DNA of 64,000 nucleotides from Rhizophagus irregularis. Its lineage: Eukaryota. The stretch lies in NCBI RefSeq assembly GCF_026210795.1, contig NC_089431.1, forward strand, positions 2,976,001-3,040,000, read 5' to 3'. Shown here one piece after another: positions 1 through 12,669 of this stretch; position 1 is the first letter of the stretch; each line of letters opens with the position of its first letter. The notes beneath the pieces were generated by a model. It was not told the origin of the DNA. It saw nothing but the letters and a program-made list of their open reading frames with translations, and made no database searches. A program made the position numbers and the translations under genes.

Positions 1-2362
1 TTTTAAAAAATATGATAAATAAATAAAATTATCCTATTTTTAATAAATTAATTTTTTATATTTTAAAATAAATTTTAGTAGAAATTTTTTAAAAATTTTA
101 AAATTTTAAAATAAAATTAAAATAAAATTTTTTAATATAAATTTTAAATAATATATTTTAAAATAAATTATTATTGTATAAATATTTTAAAATTTTTAAA
201 TAAAATTCTAAAAGTATTTTTTAATAGTTTTAAGCAAGAATTTTATTATAATTATTAAATATTATATATATTTAATTTAAAAATTGTATAAAAATATACA
301 AAATAATCTTTTAATCTAATTGAATTTTTAATTTTATTCTTTTTATAATTAATTGTATATTATTGTATGGATATATTTAATAATAATATAATTATTATTG
401 AGCATATCTATAAACTATTATATTAATTAAACTTTATAAACTTTATATTAAATAATATTAAATTCAGATTTTAATATTAAATTAATATAACTAATCATGT
501 AATAAAAAGTATAATTTTATATACAAATACAATTATAATAAATTCAATTCTTATATTAAGCATAATGTATAAAATATCAGTATAATATATATATAATAGT
601 TCTATAAAGTCATATAATAATTAGTTTTATCTTATATCTACTAATTTATTTGCAATATTAACTAGAATTATTCTTTAATTAATAATTAAAAAAATTTAAT
701 TAAAGTATTAAAAGTATTAAATAAAAAATATTATAATATTTTAATACAATTTTTATTTAAAAAATATACAGTTTTTTATAATTATTTTACTAATTAATAA
801 TTTAATTTAATAAGTTACAAAATAAAAAAAAAGTTTATTAAATTGAATTACTAAATAGTAAGATAATTATTATAAACATTTAAGTAAAAATAAAATAGTC
901 AATATTAATATTATTAATATGATTTTACTACCATTTGATTCATCTTGAAATAATTTATAAATTATCAGATTTTGATTACCAGATGCCAAAATATTCTTAA
1001 AATACTTTTATTATTAAATTTTAATAATTGTAGATAATTATTTAACATTTAATTCAATTATTTTAGCTTTTAAAGGGCTAAAGTCAAATTAATTTTAACT
1101 ATTTTGACTTTTTATAAACCTAATTTCAGTTTTATATATAAATATCATATATATATTTTTTGGCCTTTACATAAAAGTAATGTATTTTTATTATGAAACT
1201 ATATATATATAAAGTACATGAATTATTTACATGAATTATTTTTGAAAGTTATATTTTATCTAACTGGCAAATGTACTTAGTAAGTAAAGAGAAAAAGGCT
1301 ATATTATATAATAAATGAATTAGTAAAAAATCTTTGTAAAAAATTATATAAAAAATAAAAAAAAGAGAATGAAAAAAACTAATATAGTAATATTACTGGG
1401 CAAAACTTATTTAATGAGTTTATTAAATAATGGCAATGGCAAAATTATAATTGATATTATAGCAAAATTTTTAGTAAAATGACAAAACTATATTAAATAC
1501 AGTATATATAAAATGTAGCAAAATAAACTACTATATTAAAATCAACAACCTTATATTTAATTCATCAAACCATTTGAAATTAATTGTTATCATTTCTACT
1601 TTCAATATTTTTAATAGAAATTATTTAAATTTGTAAAACCCAAATTCTTTATTGGTTAAAGATTTTTATTTGCTACAAATGAGTTTACACTATTACATTA
1701 TTAATACTGTTTCAAATACAGTACGTGTCAAATAGCATAATGGATTTCGCGTCGATTAATCATATGGGGAAATTTTATCTTTGAATTATTACAAATAAAT
1801 TAGTTTAAATAACAAATAATATATTCTTGATACCTTTTAAATTAACTATGAGGTAAGTGGTGAATTAGTAATATGGTGTGGATCACAATAGTGAAAAACT
1901 TGAATGAAAATTATAATTTTTCACCGGACCGGAGTTTCGGATATTTAAGATAATTCGGATTAAATATTTAAGAGCTGTTCAAACAAGTTAAAAATTAGGA
2001 TATGTGTAAATAAATTTAAAGCCTTGTAGCCCTTCATTACCCCCTAACGGGACGGATCGTTCCTGCATATCACAAATTGAATTTTATCCACTTTTAATTT
2101 CCAAAATAATGTAAATAAAACGATAAACATAGAAATTAGTTTCTAATTGGTGAATATTATTCTCAAACACGTTACCCTTAGACTGATAGTTTATCATCTA
2201 ATTTAGCATAATATGAATTTAAATGTACGAGTTTTCTTTGTTTTTTTGTTAGAATTCGTAACACAAATCCTAATTAAGAATATTCCGTACGCAGAAAAAA
2301 CAATAAAATATGGCAGTATAAAAAGTAATGGTTTTTGGAGGGATTCTCCTTTTTTTTCAAAA

Positions 2363-2925
2363 ATGAAATTGTTTACTGTGACACTCTTTGCTATTTTTCT
2401 TTTAACATTTATGGTCATATTAGTTGCACCACAAGACGATTCTCAGTCAACAGATGATGGCTCTTCAGACTCTTCAGATAGTAGTCCTTCAGGTATATAC
2501 AGTACAAATATATTAACAATAAATTAATATTGGAACTTTGATTTTTAAAATGCAAATATTTTATTTTATAGATAACCCGGTAGAATTACCAACAGATTCA
2601 ACAGTTAGCCAGTCAGTTCCAACAAGGAGTCAATCAACATCAACACCTTCAAATACACCTTCAAATACTCCGCCGGTTGCAGGATTTCCCTCTAGTCAAC
2701 CTTCACCAAGTTCTGGAACTCAGGTAATTAATTAATTTCGAAATCAAAATTTATTGAAGGCTTTTACTTAACGATATTTTATCTTTCATACAGACACCCT
2801 CACCATCATTTGTACCAAGACCTACTGTTATATCTCAAGGAGATGGTGTTTCTATTAATAAATCTTTTAGTTTCGTTAGCATATTATTTTTCATTACTAG
2901 TATCATTTTCATTCAATTTTACTAA
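2363..2925 (+). CDS. Small secreted Ser/Thr/Pro-rich protein with putative GPI-anchor signal (137 aa, 3 exons)
   Basis: Exons 2363-2492, 2572-2723 and 2794-2925 join in frame across GT-AG introns. Hydrophobic N-terminus MKLFTVTLFAIFLLTFMVILVAP, S/T/P-rich body, C-terminal ...SQGDG...SFVSILFFITSIIFIQFY*. Confidence 0.8.
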
Positions 2926-3814
2926 AAAAAAACTCTTGCATTTTAATATTTTTAATATAAACAATAAAAGTTACATATAATAATCTTAATAATATATATA
3001 TATATATATATACAGTATATACGTTAAACAAATCGCGTGAATTTTATTAAATAAGAATAATAAGGATAAATGTACGTAATTATGTACACTCTCCTAAATG
3101 CATATGTGGCGCTTATATACATACTCTACCTTCAGTGCCTACTGTCTAGTTAATTAATATGACTATAGAAAATGCCTATTATAAAGCACCAACAAAATAA
3201 TTTTTTCCATCCCATTATTTAAATTTTTTTATAGATTTATCTTTACAATCGATAAAACCCAATTATTTTGGAACAGCTGATTTCCGTTACTTCAATAGAC
3301 GTATGGTAAAGGTATGGTACTCAGTCACTCATAAAGGAGGCGGTGCTTAAACGGATATAACTTATTAGGTAAATTATAAAATTTTATCACATGTAAAAAG
3401 TTATTTGCCTTTTTTGTTGTATCAATAAGGCAATTATCCTTAACAATGACATAGTTATCGTAATTATTTTTGTCCAAAAAACAATCATAAAAACAATAAC
3501 GCAAATTCCCTTTGCAGGTTAATATAAGGATTGAATAAAATACAACTGATGTTTCATGTTTGACAATCCATGGGATTAATAAAAAAAAAGTAACATTTAC
3601 AACTGATAATCTCTCATCATTACAATCACGTGCGGCCTTTGTTTCCAAATTCAAAGTGCAAAAACAAATGACAATAACTGAATGATGCATATTTCTAGTA
3701 AAGGAAATACCAACGAAAATTAAACCCTTGTTATAAAAAGGATGTTTTCCTGCTCGTCCTTTTTATCTTTTTCTTTTAAAAAAAAAACAAAAAACTCTTC
3801 AAAGAAATCATAAA

Positions 3815-4306
3815 ATGCCATCTTCTCAATACGCCATTTCAGACATAATTCTAATTCCTAAACATATTAAAATTGGAAAATTAGTTGGTAGCAATGATTG
3901 TAACCTAAAACCAATTAGTGAGAGAACTAATACATTGGTTTGTGTCAATAAAACACATCCGGCAAAAATTGAAATTAAGTACAATACAAATTTCCCTCCA
4001 CCAAATATTAATACAATTAATGAGGCAAAAGATCTAGTAAATAAATTGATTGAAGAAGAAGGAAAGAGAGCTCGTTTGGAAAAGAAAAAGGAAGAAAATA
4101 TTCCGTTTGTAAGAGATTTTGGAGGGGATGGTAAAATAACAAAATATCAGAAAGAAATAATTACGAAGAAAGAAAAACAGAAATCTAAGCGAGAAAATGA
4201 TAATATGATAAAAACTTATATGAAAGATGGAATAGTGGAAGACAAGTGGGAACAGGAGGATAAAAAGGAGAGGGAGGAGGTGGATTATTATTATTCTTAT
4301 TATTAG
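3815..4306 (+). CDS. Small KH-domain-like protein with charged C-terminus
   Basis: Intronless 163-aa ORF. ILIPKHIKIGKLVGSNDCNLKPISERTNTLVCV resembles the type I KH pattern, but the GxxG loop reads GSND. Confidence 0.55.
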   Translation: MPSSQYAISDIILIPKHIKIGKLVGSNDCNLKPISERTNTLVCVNKTHPAKIEIKYNTNFPPPNINTINEAKDLVNKLIEEEGKRARLEKKKEENIPFVRDFGGDGKITKYQKEIITKKEKQKSKRENDNMIKTYMKDGIVEDKWEQEDKKEREEVDYYYSYY

Positions 4307-5837
4307 AAATAATGACATCAATGTTTATATTCTTTTACTTCAAATAGTTATGATATATATTTCTTTCTTAGATTTATTTGAAACTTATGTCAAAATTTTT
4401 TAGTATACACATTTATTAAATAAATTAGTTATATTTTTTACGTAATTCACAAAAAAACATTTCTTTCAAATTAACCAAAATATTTTTCTATCTTCGAATT
4501 ATACTAATTACATTATAAAAAAGTTTACGATGAAGGAATGATGTTAGTATTGAAACGTATATTTACAGTAATTTTAACATTAGAAGTAAAAGAAAGCTTC
4601 GAGAAATGTTACGATTAGCGCATGGCAGAAGATTATTTTAAAGATGCTAATTGAAACGCAGATTCACCATTTTTTTTTTAATTTAAAGTCCACCACCTGT
4701 ACCACTAACTAACTTCTCTATAACTTCGCCAAATATAGAACATATATGTCACCTCCTTTTTAGCGTTAACTTTATTTAATGTTTCAATTTTACACTTTTT
4801 GAACTTAAAAATTAGATAATGTCATCAGAATTCTTTAAAACTTTCTACGTTGAACGATTGGGTTGCATTATCTTCAATATCTTTTACTAATTTTCTAATT
4901 CCCCTTTTGATTTTACTTTCTGATAGCTCGCGATCAATGTTTTTAGATTTGAGAGTGTCGGATTGAACGGGAATTAGTTTATTGTTAATCTTATAATGTA
5001 TACCTATTTGTAAACATATTGTAGTTTTGAAAAATAAGTTTTTTGCAAATTGGAATTTATTTTTAAAAGAAAATGACATGGAAAGAATTGTTTGCATCCA
5101 GACTAAAATAAATAGCATTTCACGACTCGAGAAAGTACTGAAATTAAAAATTTTCTCTAATCTTCTTCAAATCGATTTGATAGGTCCGAACATAACAAAT
5201 TGCTGTGACCCGAATTCATAAAATTGAGATGATGTCGACTCCAGATATGTCGCATCTAAAAATAAACCAAGTATGTAGAGGTTGCATGAATGTATAAAAC
5301 TCATATACGAATGAAGGATAATAACGCGAAAACACGTAAAAGAACGTGTAGCACGAAAGTTTTAACGACTACTCGTCTATGTACTGAAATTACTTATATA
5401 TTCTATGGACCATTAATTCATTATTTAAAAAAGGTAATTTCTAAGGAAAAAATTTTAAATTTGAGAGCAAGGTTTATAATGTCATGATTTTAATAATCTT
5501 TAAGGGATTTCTTCGCACTTTAGCGGATTCTGTTCAGCCATGAAATGCACGTAATTGTGAATAATTATGGGTACCTATTAGAACATCGCTTTCGAAATAC
5601 CCATATTTCGTATGTACTACAAAGTTTATTTATCAAGGAATACCTGAAATATATTCATTCTCTTTATGGCAATGGAATAGTGAAACGGGGAAATAAATTA
5701 GCATGTTTTTATTAAGAAGCGCTATTATTTTAAATGACACTTCTCTAACACTCTAATTTCTAAATATTTGTCAATAGCTTCATCAGATTTCAACCCTTTC
5801 CAAGAAATGTAATAAAAATAATAATTCTTCACTTAAT

Positions 5838-7798
5838 TTAATAACTTGTTCTAATCTTTTCTAATGATTTCGCTTTAACAGTCAAATATAGTCTAACTGT
5901 CTTGTTAAATTTTGCAGATAATTTTGTTGCAGCTCTTACTCCAATAGTTTTTATTACTGTACCATTTGCTCCTATTAATATTTTCTAATATAATCAATAT
6001 GAAAAATTGTTAATAACATTCTTAAAAAAAGGATTTCTTAATAAAAGATCAAAACGTATATTACCAACTGTGATGGATGGTCAACATATACATTTTGATC
6101 AATTCTTAATATATTATTTGGTAAATCAGTCCATCCAACATTTTCCTATTATATAGAAGTAAAATGTCACTAATTAATCTGTTATTAAATTATTTATTTC
6201 CTAATCAATTACCTGTCTTACTACATAAGGTAGATGATCACGTAACCTCTCATAAATTTCTGCTCTAATAAAATCTTCAACGAGTTTAATATCCGCCATA
6301 TCTAACTTTTGATCTGGTGGGTAAATCCAATCGTGAGGGTACGTATCTGATAATAACATTTTCTTTTAACCATCCATTGATATTATTTGTGTTTAATCAT
6401 AATTTTAATACAAAATATCATACTTGAAAAAAAAGAAATTAATAAACTACCTTCAATTCTGTTATTCCTGTTCGTTTTAATGCACTTATACTTATTTTAT
6501 GTTTAAAATAAGGATAATGTGCAGTAAATTTTTCGTAGATGGATGGTATTGAATTTTTACTATTGGCTAATAAATCAATCTTTGAGGCCATCCATATCCA
6601 AGAAGAAAATAAGAAATCCCTAATTCAAATAAAATTTTAAATAAATTCTAATGGAAGCGTGATTTACCTTATTTAATACCAACGTCCCAGGTAATTTATA
6701 TTCTTTTAATCTACTTAATAACAAACTTTCTGAATATGTTGTATGATATAAAGCTCTGAACGCGTCAACTATTACCAACACTGAAAGGATGTAATTTTAT
6801 TAATAAAAATTCAATGAAAAAAAAAGGATGTCGAAATTTTACTAACCATGATCAGCTTCGTGTAGTGAATGCCATGATGCGTTAATTAAACCACGATTTA
6901 ATTTTGGTCGATTACGTCTAGAAACAATTCCAGGTGTATCGATAAATATCTAATAACAATTATTTTTAATTGAAAAGTCAATCTCGCAATTCTTTAAACT
7001 TAATAATATCTGATTACTTACTAATTGTCTATTCTCTTCAGTTAATATTGTAGGAATTCTTTTTCTTGTTGTATGTGCTTTATTAGAAACTATTGATACC
7101 GTTTCGCCAAATAATGCATTTAACATAGTAGATTTTCCTGCATTTGGAGTTCCTAATACTACAATCTTAAGCAAATTCGGATTTTCTGGTTGTTCAAAAC
7201 GTTCATGGATTTTTGGTAGCATAACATCAACGCCTAACAAATAATTATTTTTAAACCACTAATGATCAAGTAAATGAATTATATAAGATCATTAAAGCCA
7301 AAACTTACTAGCTGGCGTTATTGGAAATTTAAATTTTTGATTTTGAGATATCATTTTGGGTACCTCATTTATTCCATTAATGTTCAACGAATTATTATTG
7401 TTTAGCTTCCATTTTGCCTCTTTTTCTTTCATACTCCTATTTGATTCATAATCCGCCTCCCGGTGTGATCTCATAACATCTTTCTTCTTGACCAGTGGTG
7501 TAAATGATATTCTGGATTTTTTGGATGATTTCAAATTTTTTGACACTGAGATCTTCTTCTTTATGGGTTGGATCAATTTTGATGAATAAGATGATTTATT
7601 ATTTGATGTTATTACTATATCATCTTTTGGTGGCAATCCCGCTAATCTTCGTGCTCTTGACATTATTGAATATTCCCGAAAATTTAATGAATGAAAGTGA
7701 TGACGACATCTTAAAGGATAGAGACTATGCGACGATATTATTAAAATTCTTGGTAATTGTACTAGAGGACTTAAATTCAAAACTATATCAGAGTACAA
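5838..7798 (-). CDS. ERAL1: Era/ERAL1-family GTPase with C-terminal KH domain (multi-exon; start codon uncertain)
   Basis: Spliced reading gives G1 GTPNAGKS, G2 HTTR, G3 IFIDTPG, G4 LVLNK|ID, and KH motifs LPYVV and KILIGANG. Seven GT-AG introns were traced and the stop is at 5838-5840. The ORF-track start is a TTG; an in-frame ATG lies near 7663. Confidence 0.88.
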
Positions 7799-8006
7799 GA
7801 AATATTATTAAGACGTGACATTATTTACAAGAATTAAGAGAAAATCAGAAAAAAAATTCTAAAGAAATTTGAAAAGTCGGTGTAATAGTTAAGCTTACTG
7901 GAACTTGTGTACCGGAATAAACGAAAATTATATAAAGTTTTCATTATTCGAACAAAAAAAATGTATCTCGAAAAAAAAAAGATAATCAGAATCAATAGTC
8001 AATCAT

Positions 8007-8014
8007 TCACGTGA
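8007..8014. promoter_or_regulatory. TCACGTGA palindrome (bHLH E-box type) in the short divergent Era/RED intergenic region
   Basis: Exact 8-mer about 60 bp upstream of the RED ATG. The same motif recurs near other genes. Function is inferred. Confidence 0.4.
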
Positions 8015-8074
8015 TTTTTACCTTTTAATTCGGGTACAGCATTACTTTGATACTTCAACATAAAAGTTAAGAAA

Positions 8075-10094
8075 ATGTCCGATTTAAACGGAAAGGAAGG
8101 CAAACAAAAAGGGTATTTGAGTTTTTGTAATCCTTGTCATAAAATGTTTTATTCGAAGTGTAATTTCTCAGAAATTAAACTTATTGTAATTTAGATTAAA
8201 ACAAGATGATTTCCGAAAATTATTACAAACGCCTCGACCTGGAGATATACCGTCTAAGGGAATTTTAGGAATGGCGACTCCTAAACACAGAGTACCTCCA
8301 CAAACTCCGTAAGTGAGATTGTTGTTCTTTTAAGTAATATTTTGTTGCTATTTTGCAAGCTGTTATTTTATTAACTTTATATTTTCGTAGAAAACCGGGT
8401 GGATCAGGAGGTTTTGCCAAACCAGAAGCACCAGCTTCTAAATCAAAGAAAAAGTTATTTTCACTTTATAATAATTCTTGAATTTCACTATCTTTATCTT
8501 CCAATCTTTTACATCTCTTTCTATTTTAATAGATATAAGAGACATGAGACTTCAGAAGATAAGTCTTCTGATAGTAAATATCGTGATCGAGCAGCAGAAC
8601 GTCGTACGGGAGCTAATCCAGATTATCAAGAGACAGAACAGATTCTTAAAGCATTAAATAATAGTGAAATATTAGAAGCAAAATTAGTTTATGAACAATC
8701 GAAGTATCTTGGTGGTGATACTGAACATACACATTTAGTCAAAGGTCTCGATTTTGCATTGCTTAATAAAGTACGTAATGAAATACAAAAAGATGATCAA
8801 AATGACGATGAATTGGAGCGTACACTAGAAAGAATTAAAGAGGAAACTCAAGAAGTGCCTAAAATTACTGGAAAAATTGCACAAAATATTTATGAAATGG
8901 CTGTAGTAAATGCAAAGAAAAAACCTCCAAAAATTAATGAATTATTTGTTGCTGGACGTATGGCTTACATATTTGAACTGGCAGATGAATATGGATTTTA
9001 TGGTGATCCATTTGCTATTCCAACAACAGTTATAAGAAGTAAGGCAGACATTGTGGATAGTACTGGAACTGATAAATCTACAAACGATTTAGTTATAGAA
9101 AAGATATCTAGAGTTATGGCTTATGTACGGAAAGGAGGTCGTGATGGAAGCGGAGAGGTTAAAGACAAGAAATTAAGGAAAAGGATAAAGGAAAAACAAC
9201 CCGAAATAATTGCTCCTGTGAAATATGCGGCTATTGATGAAACTGAAGATATATTTGAAGATGCAGGAAGAGATTACAAAGCCGTTCCCGACGAACCAGA
9301 AGAGGACAAAAGAGATGATGAGCCGATAATTGAACCTGTTTATGGTCCTTCACGCCCTCCAACTCAGTCAGTCGAGGTAGAAACTTCAAAGAATTATTTT
9401 AAAATGGATAACGATGAAGATACTATGGATATTGATGAAGAAAAACCGAAAAATGAAGATCTAAAGTCTTTAATAAATCAAGTAGCATCTGCTAGTGGAA
9501 TCAAACAGACTGAAGAGAATGTAAAGAGTTCTGAAGTAACCGATAATAACAAATCTTCAACTAAAAGCGAAACAATTAAAAAGAGATTATATGAAGTTGA
9601 CAGTTATGACGGAGATTATTCCACTTATGGACTTGGGTTAAGTAGTTTAGGTGGTGGAGGTACGAGGAAAAATGCATATGATTCTGGACATGAAGATTCA
9701 GATTCCGAAGGAGAAGTGCATACTATAAGAGATCAAGGAGTCGCTAAAAATAAGAAAGCACAATTATCACGGTGGGATTTTGACACAGAAGAAGAATGGC
9801 TATCATACAAGGTACGCTAAATGATTATAGGCAAATTAATTGATTTAATACAATATCACTAAATCTAGAATTTGAATTCTTTTTTTTTAGGATAATGTTA
9901 CGGCTATGCCTAAATCAGCATTCCAATTTGGAGTCAAGAAAACTGATGGTCGTAAAACGCGTAGAAGTGGTAAAGAATTATCAGAGAAACAAAAATTAGA
10001 TAGAGATTGGCAAAAGATTAGTAAAATAATGGAACAAAAATATGGAGATGGTGATGAAGGTGAATCTTCACGAAAAAAGGCAAAACACGAATAA
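8075..10094 (+). CDS. IK: Protein RED / IK (spliceosomal B-complex factor, RED_N domain), 5 exons
   Basis: Spliced N-terminus LKQDDFRKLLQTPR, then YRDRAAERR, SKYLGGDTEHTHLVKGLDFALL, IPTTVIRSKAD, RWDFDTEEEW, MPKSAFQFGVK and QKLDRDWQKI, all typical RED motifs. Confidence 0.92.
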
Positions 10095-10208
10095 ATAATT
10101 ACCAAGTTTATTTATTTTTAATATTTATTTAAAGCATTGCAATTGTTGCATGTTATCATTATTATTACATAATATAAAAAAAATTATGTATAAGTATACA
10201 ATATAATC

Positions 10209-12001
10209 TTAAATTAATTTCTCAACCCAAAGCTTTATAGTAGGATCAGGTCTAAGTGATATTGCTAATTTACTTTTCACTTCGAAACCATCAATTTCCG
10301 TAAATTTGAAATTTCTAATTAAGATTGCCAGCATAACTTTAAATTCATTTAAAGCTAATTTGTTACCAATACAAGAACGAGGACCCGTTAAGAAAGGGAT
10401 GTAAGTATAATTTGTTTGAATTGAAGTAAGATTAGGATCTAACCAACGTGAAGGTTTAAAAGTGGATGCATCTGAACCCCATATTGAGGGAAGCCGGTGG
10501 ATTGTGTTCATGAAGAGAAATATTGGTGTACCCTATATTATAAAAAAATAATCGGTTGTTAAGATAGAAGAAATTCCTTAGAAAGAGTATATTTAATTTA
10601 CCCTTGGGATCATGTATCCGCCAATTACATCGTCTTTTTTTGTTGTACGTATAGTCATTGGAACTAATAAATATACAATTAATTTTTCTTTTCAAACGAT
10701 TATAATTATCAACTATTATATTTATAATAATATTACCTGCAGGATTAACTCTTAGTGTTTCTTTAACCACACAATTCAGGAATTCCAGAGAATTAATTTG
10801 ATCAAAAGTAGGAATAAAATCCTTATCAGGAAAGGCCTCTAATAATTCATTTCTAAGAGTATTTTGTACTTCGATATTTTTTGAAAGAAAATATAAAGCC
10901 CAACCAATAGCAACACTGGTTGTTTCATGACCAGCGGCAAGAAAAGTCATTATTTGATTTTTAAGTTCATGTTCAGTCATTCTATCTTCTTTGATAGCAG
11001 TTTGTTCATTTTGTCTAATTAATATTGTTAATAAATCGTTTCCTTCTAATTCACCAAGTTTTGCTTTATCCAATGTTTCGGTAACCAGTTTATTGGAAAC
11101 TTGGTCAATTATACGTGATGCTTCTCTTGTACGAATATTAAATTCTATCGGAAGTTTGTTAAAGAAAGGGATGTAATTCGACATAATACGAAGTAAAGTG
11201 CTACGACGATTTTGGGGAGTGAATATCATCGTATAAGCTTCTGCTAATTCATTCTTAGAAGTGAGAGAATTAAATTCATAATTAAAGCCTATTATATTAT
11301 AAGGATACCTTAGTTAAATGAATAATGATCAACTTTGAAAAGAATTTAATTTTGAATGTTTATATTTACCGACTAAACCTATGACATCTAATGTTGCTTT
11401 TGATAAATAAGTCATAATATCAATTTGTGATTTTTCATTATCTCCAATTTCTTTTATCCACAAATCTTTCATTATATGACCAACTTTAGCAAATGTTGGT
11501 ATCATTTCCTAATAAATAAAAGTCTAAATAAATTTTTTACTCATTGAATTATCCCAAATCTTTATTTACCTTAACATTAGTAAAACTGAAAGCAGGATTC
11601 ATCATTTTACGTTGTCTTTTATGGGTATCACCTTCAGCTAGCAATATTCCACTTCCCAATAAAGGTTTTAAATCACGGATAAAACCAGGTGGTTTAGGGT
11701 AATCATACACAGAAGAGACCATAACATGCAGTAGAGCTTTAGAATCCGTTATAAATATCCTCGGTTTATTAAACAATCCTCTATACATCACTATACCTCC
11801 ATACTTTTCTGCCCATGCAATATGTGGAATTCCTACATCTGATTTAATAATTTGCATTAAGTTACCAAAAAGAAAATGATCTGGTGATGGACCTGGAATT
11901 TTACATAATGGTGAAAAATAAAATGGATATATATAATACTTGTAGGTGAAGTAACATATTATGGATGTTACCAGGAGTATTATTGGAAATGAATCGATCA
12001 T
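10209..12001 (-). CDS. Cytochrome P450 (5 exons)
   Basis: N-terminal TM segment plus PGP, I-helix AGHETTS, ExxR (KETLR), PSRW, heme ligand FLTGPRSCIG. Four GT-AG introns were traced. Confidence 0.95.
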
Positions 12002-12109
12002 GATTTATTTTTATGAAAGGAAAAATTACGGGGTTTTTATAGTTTTTCCATTTCTGTTTTAAAAAAGTAATGATTGACAGCTTAAATAGTAAAATTTAAA
12101 GGGTATTTA

Positions 12110-12370
12110 TTTATAATTGTAAAACCTATATGCGGTATTTATTGGCGTGTTTTCCACAAGAGGTTAGTACGTCCTCCGGTAGTCTAACGGGTAGCTAGGA
12201 GTTGCTATGGGCTGGCTGGATATTTAGGATTGCCTCTTAGAGCAATTAATTCTTGTATTCCCCGTATGGAATAGCATTCTGACTAAGTGGCCTAGAAATT
12301 GTACGTTTGTATTTTTATTTTAATAAAGCTCTTATTAGTCTTATATTCCGTTTCTGATAAAAAAAAAAAT
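12110..12370 (+). mobile_element. Probable 5'-truncated retroposon 3' end (GC-richer segment ending in poly-A)
   Basis: Locally GC-rich 12150-12295, AATAAA near 12322, A-tract about 12359-12369. An ATTTATT(T) stretch on both sides could be a TSD. Confidence 0.4.
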
Positions 12371-12669
12371 TTATTTAATAATATGCTAAGTTAAGACAAA
12401 TCAATTAGTAGTAAAATTATCTTTTTAGATTGAATATTTATAGATAAATATATTAAGAAAAAAACTTAGCTTACACGTAGTGTACAAACACGGGTTTTCA
12501 AAATCACGTGATTTATATCTATCTCTGTATTTGTTTATATCACGAACTCGCGATTATATCACGATTAATATCACGCGATACAAATCGATTGTACAATTTG
12601 TTTACGTCATAGTGATCATAAGCTCCTATTGTTAAACATTACATTGTTCAGTGCTCGTTCGCTTATTTC

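Noticed and set aside
4034..4321. Antisense or shadow ORFs (also 7504-7818, 9887-10105, 10991-11176, 24859-25086, 34725-34910, 62983-63192)
   Set aside because: They overlap better-supported genes on the opposite strand and have no motifs.
4560..5490. Short ORFs or gene fragments between the KH-like and Era genes
   Set aside because: Possibly a pseudogene relic, but no consistent frame, splice model or family motif could be supported.
12150..12295. HDV-like or hammerhead ribozyme, or tRNA
   Set aside because: TCCTCCG and CTAA are present, but P1-P2-P3 could not be ordered into the nested pseudoknot. There is no CTGATGA/GAAA core, cloverleaf or B-box.
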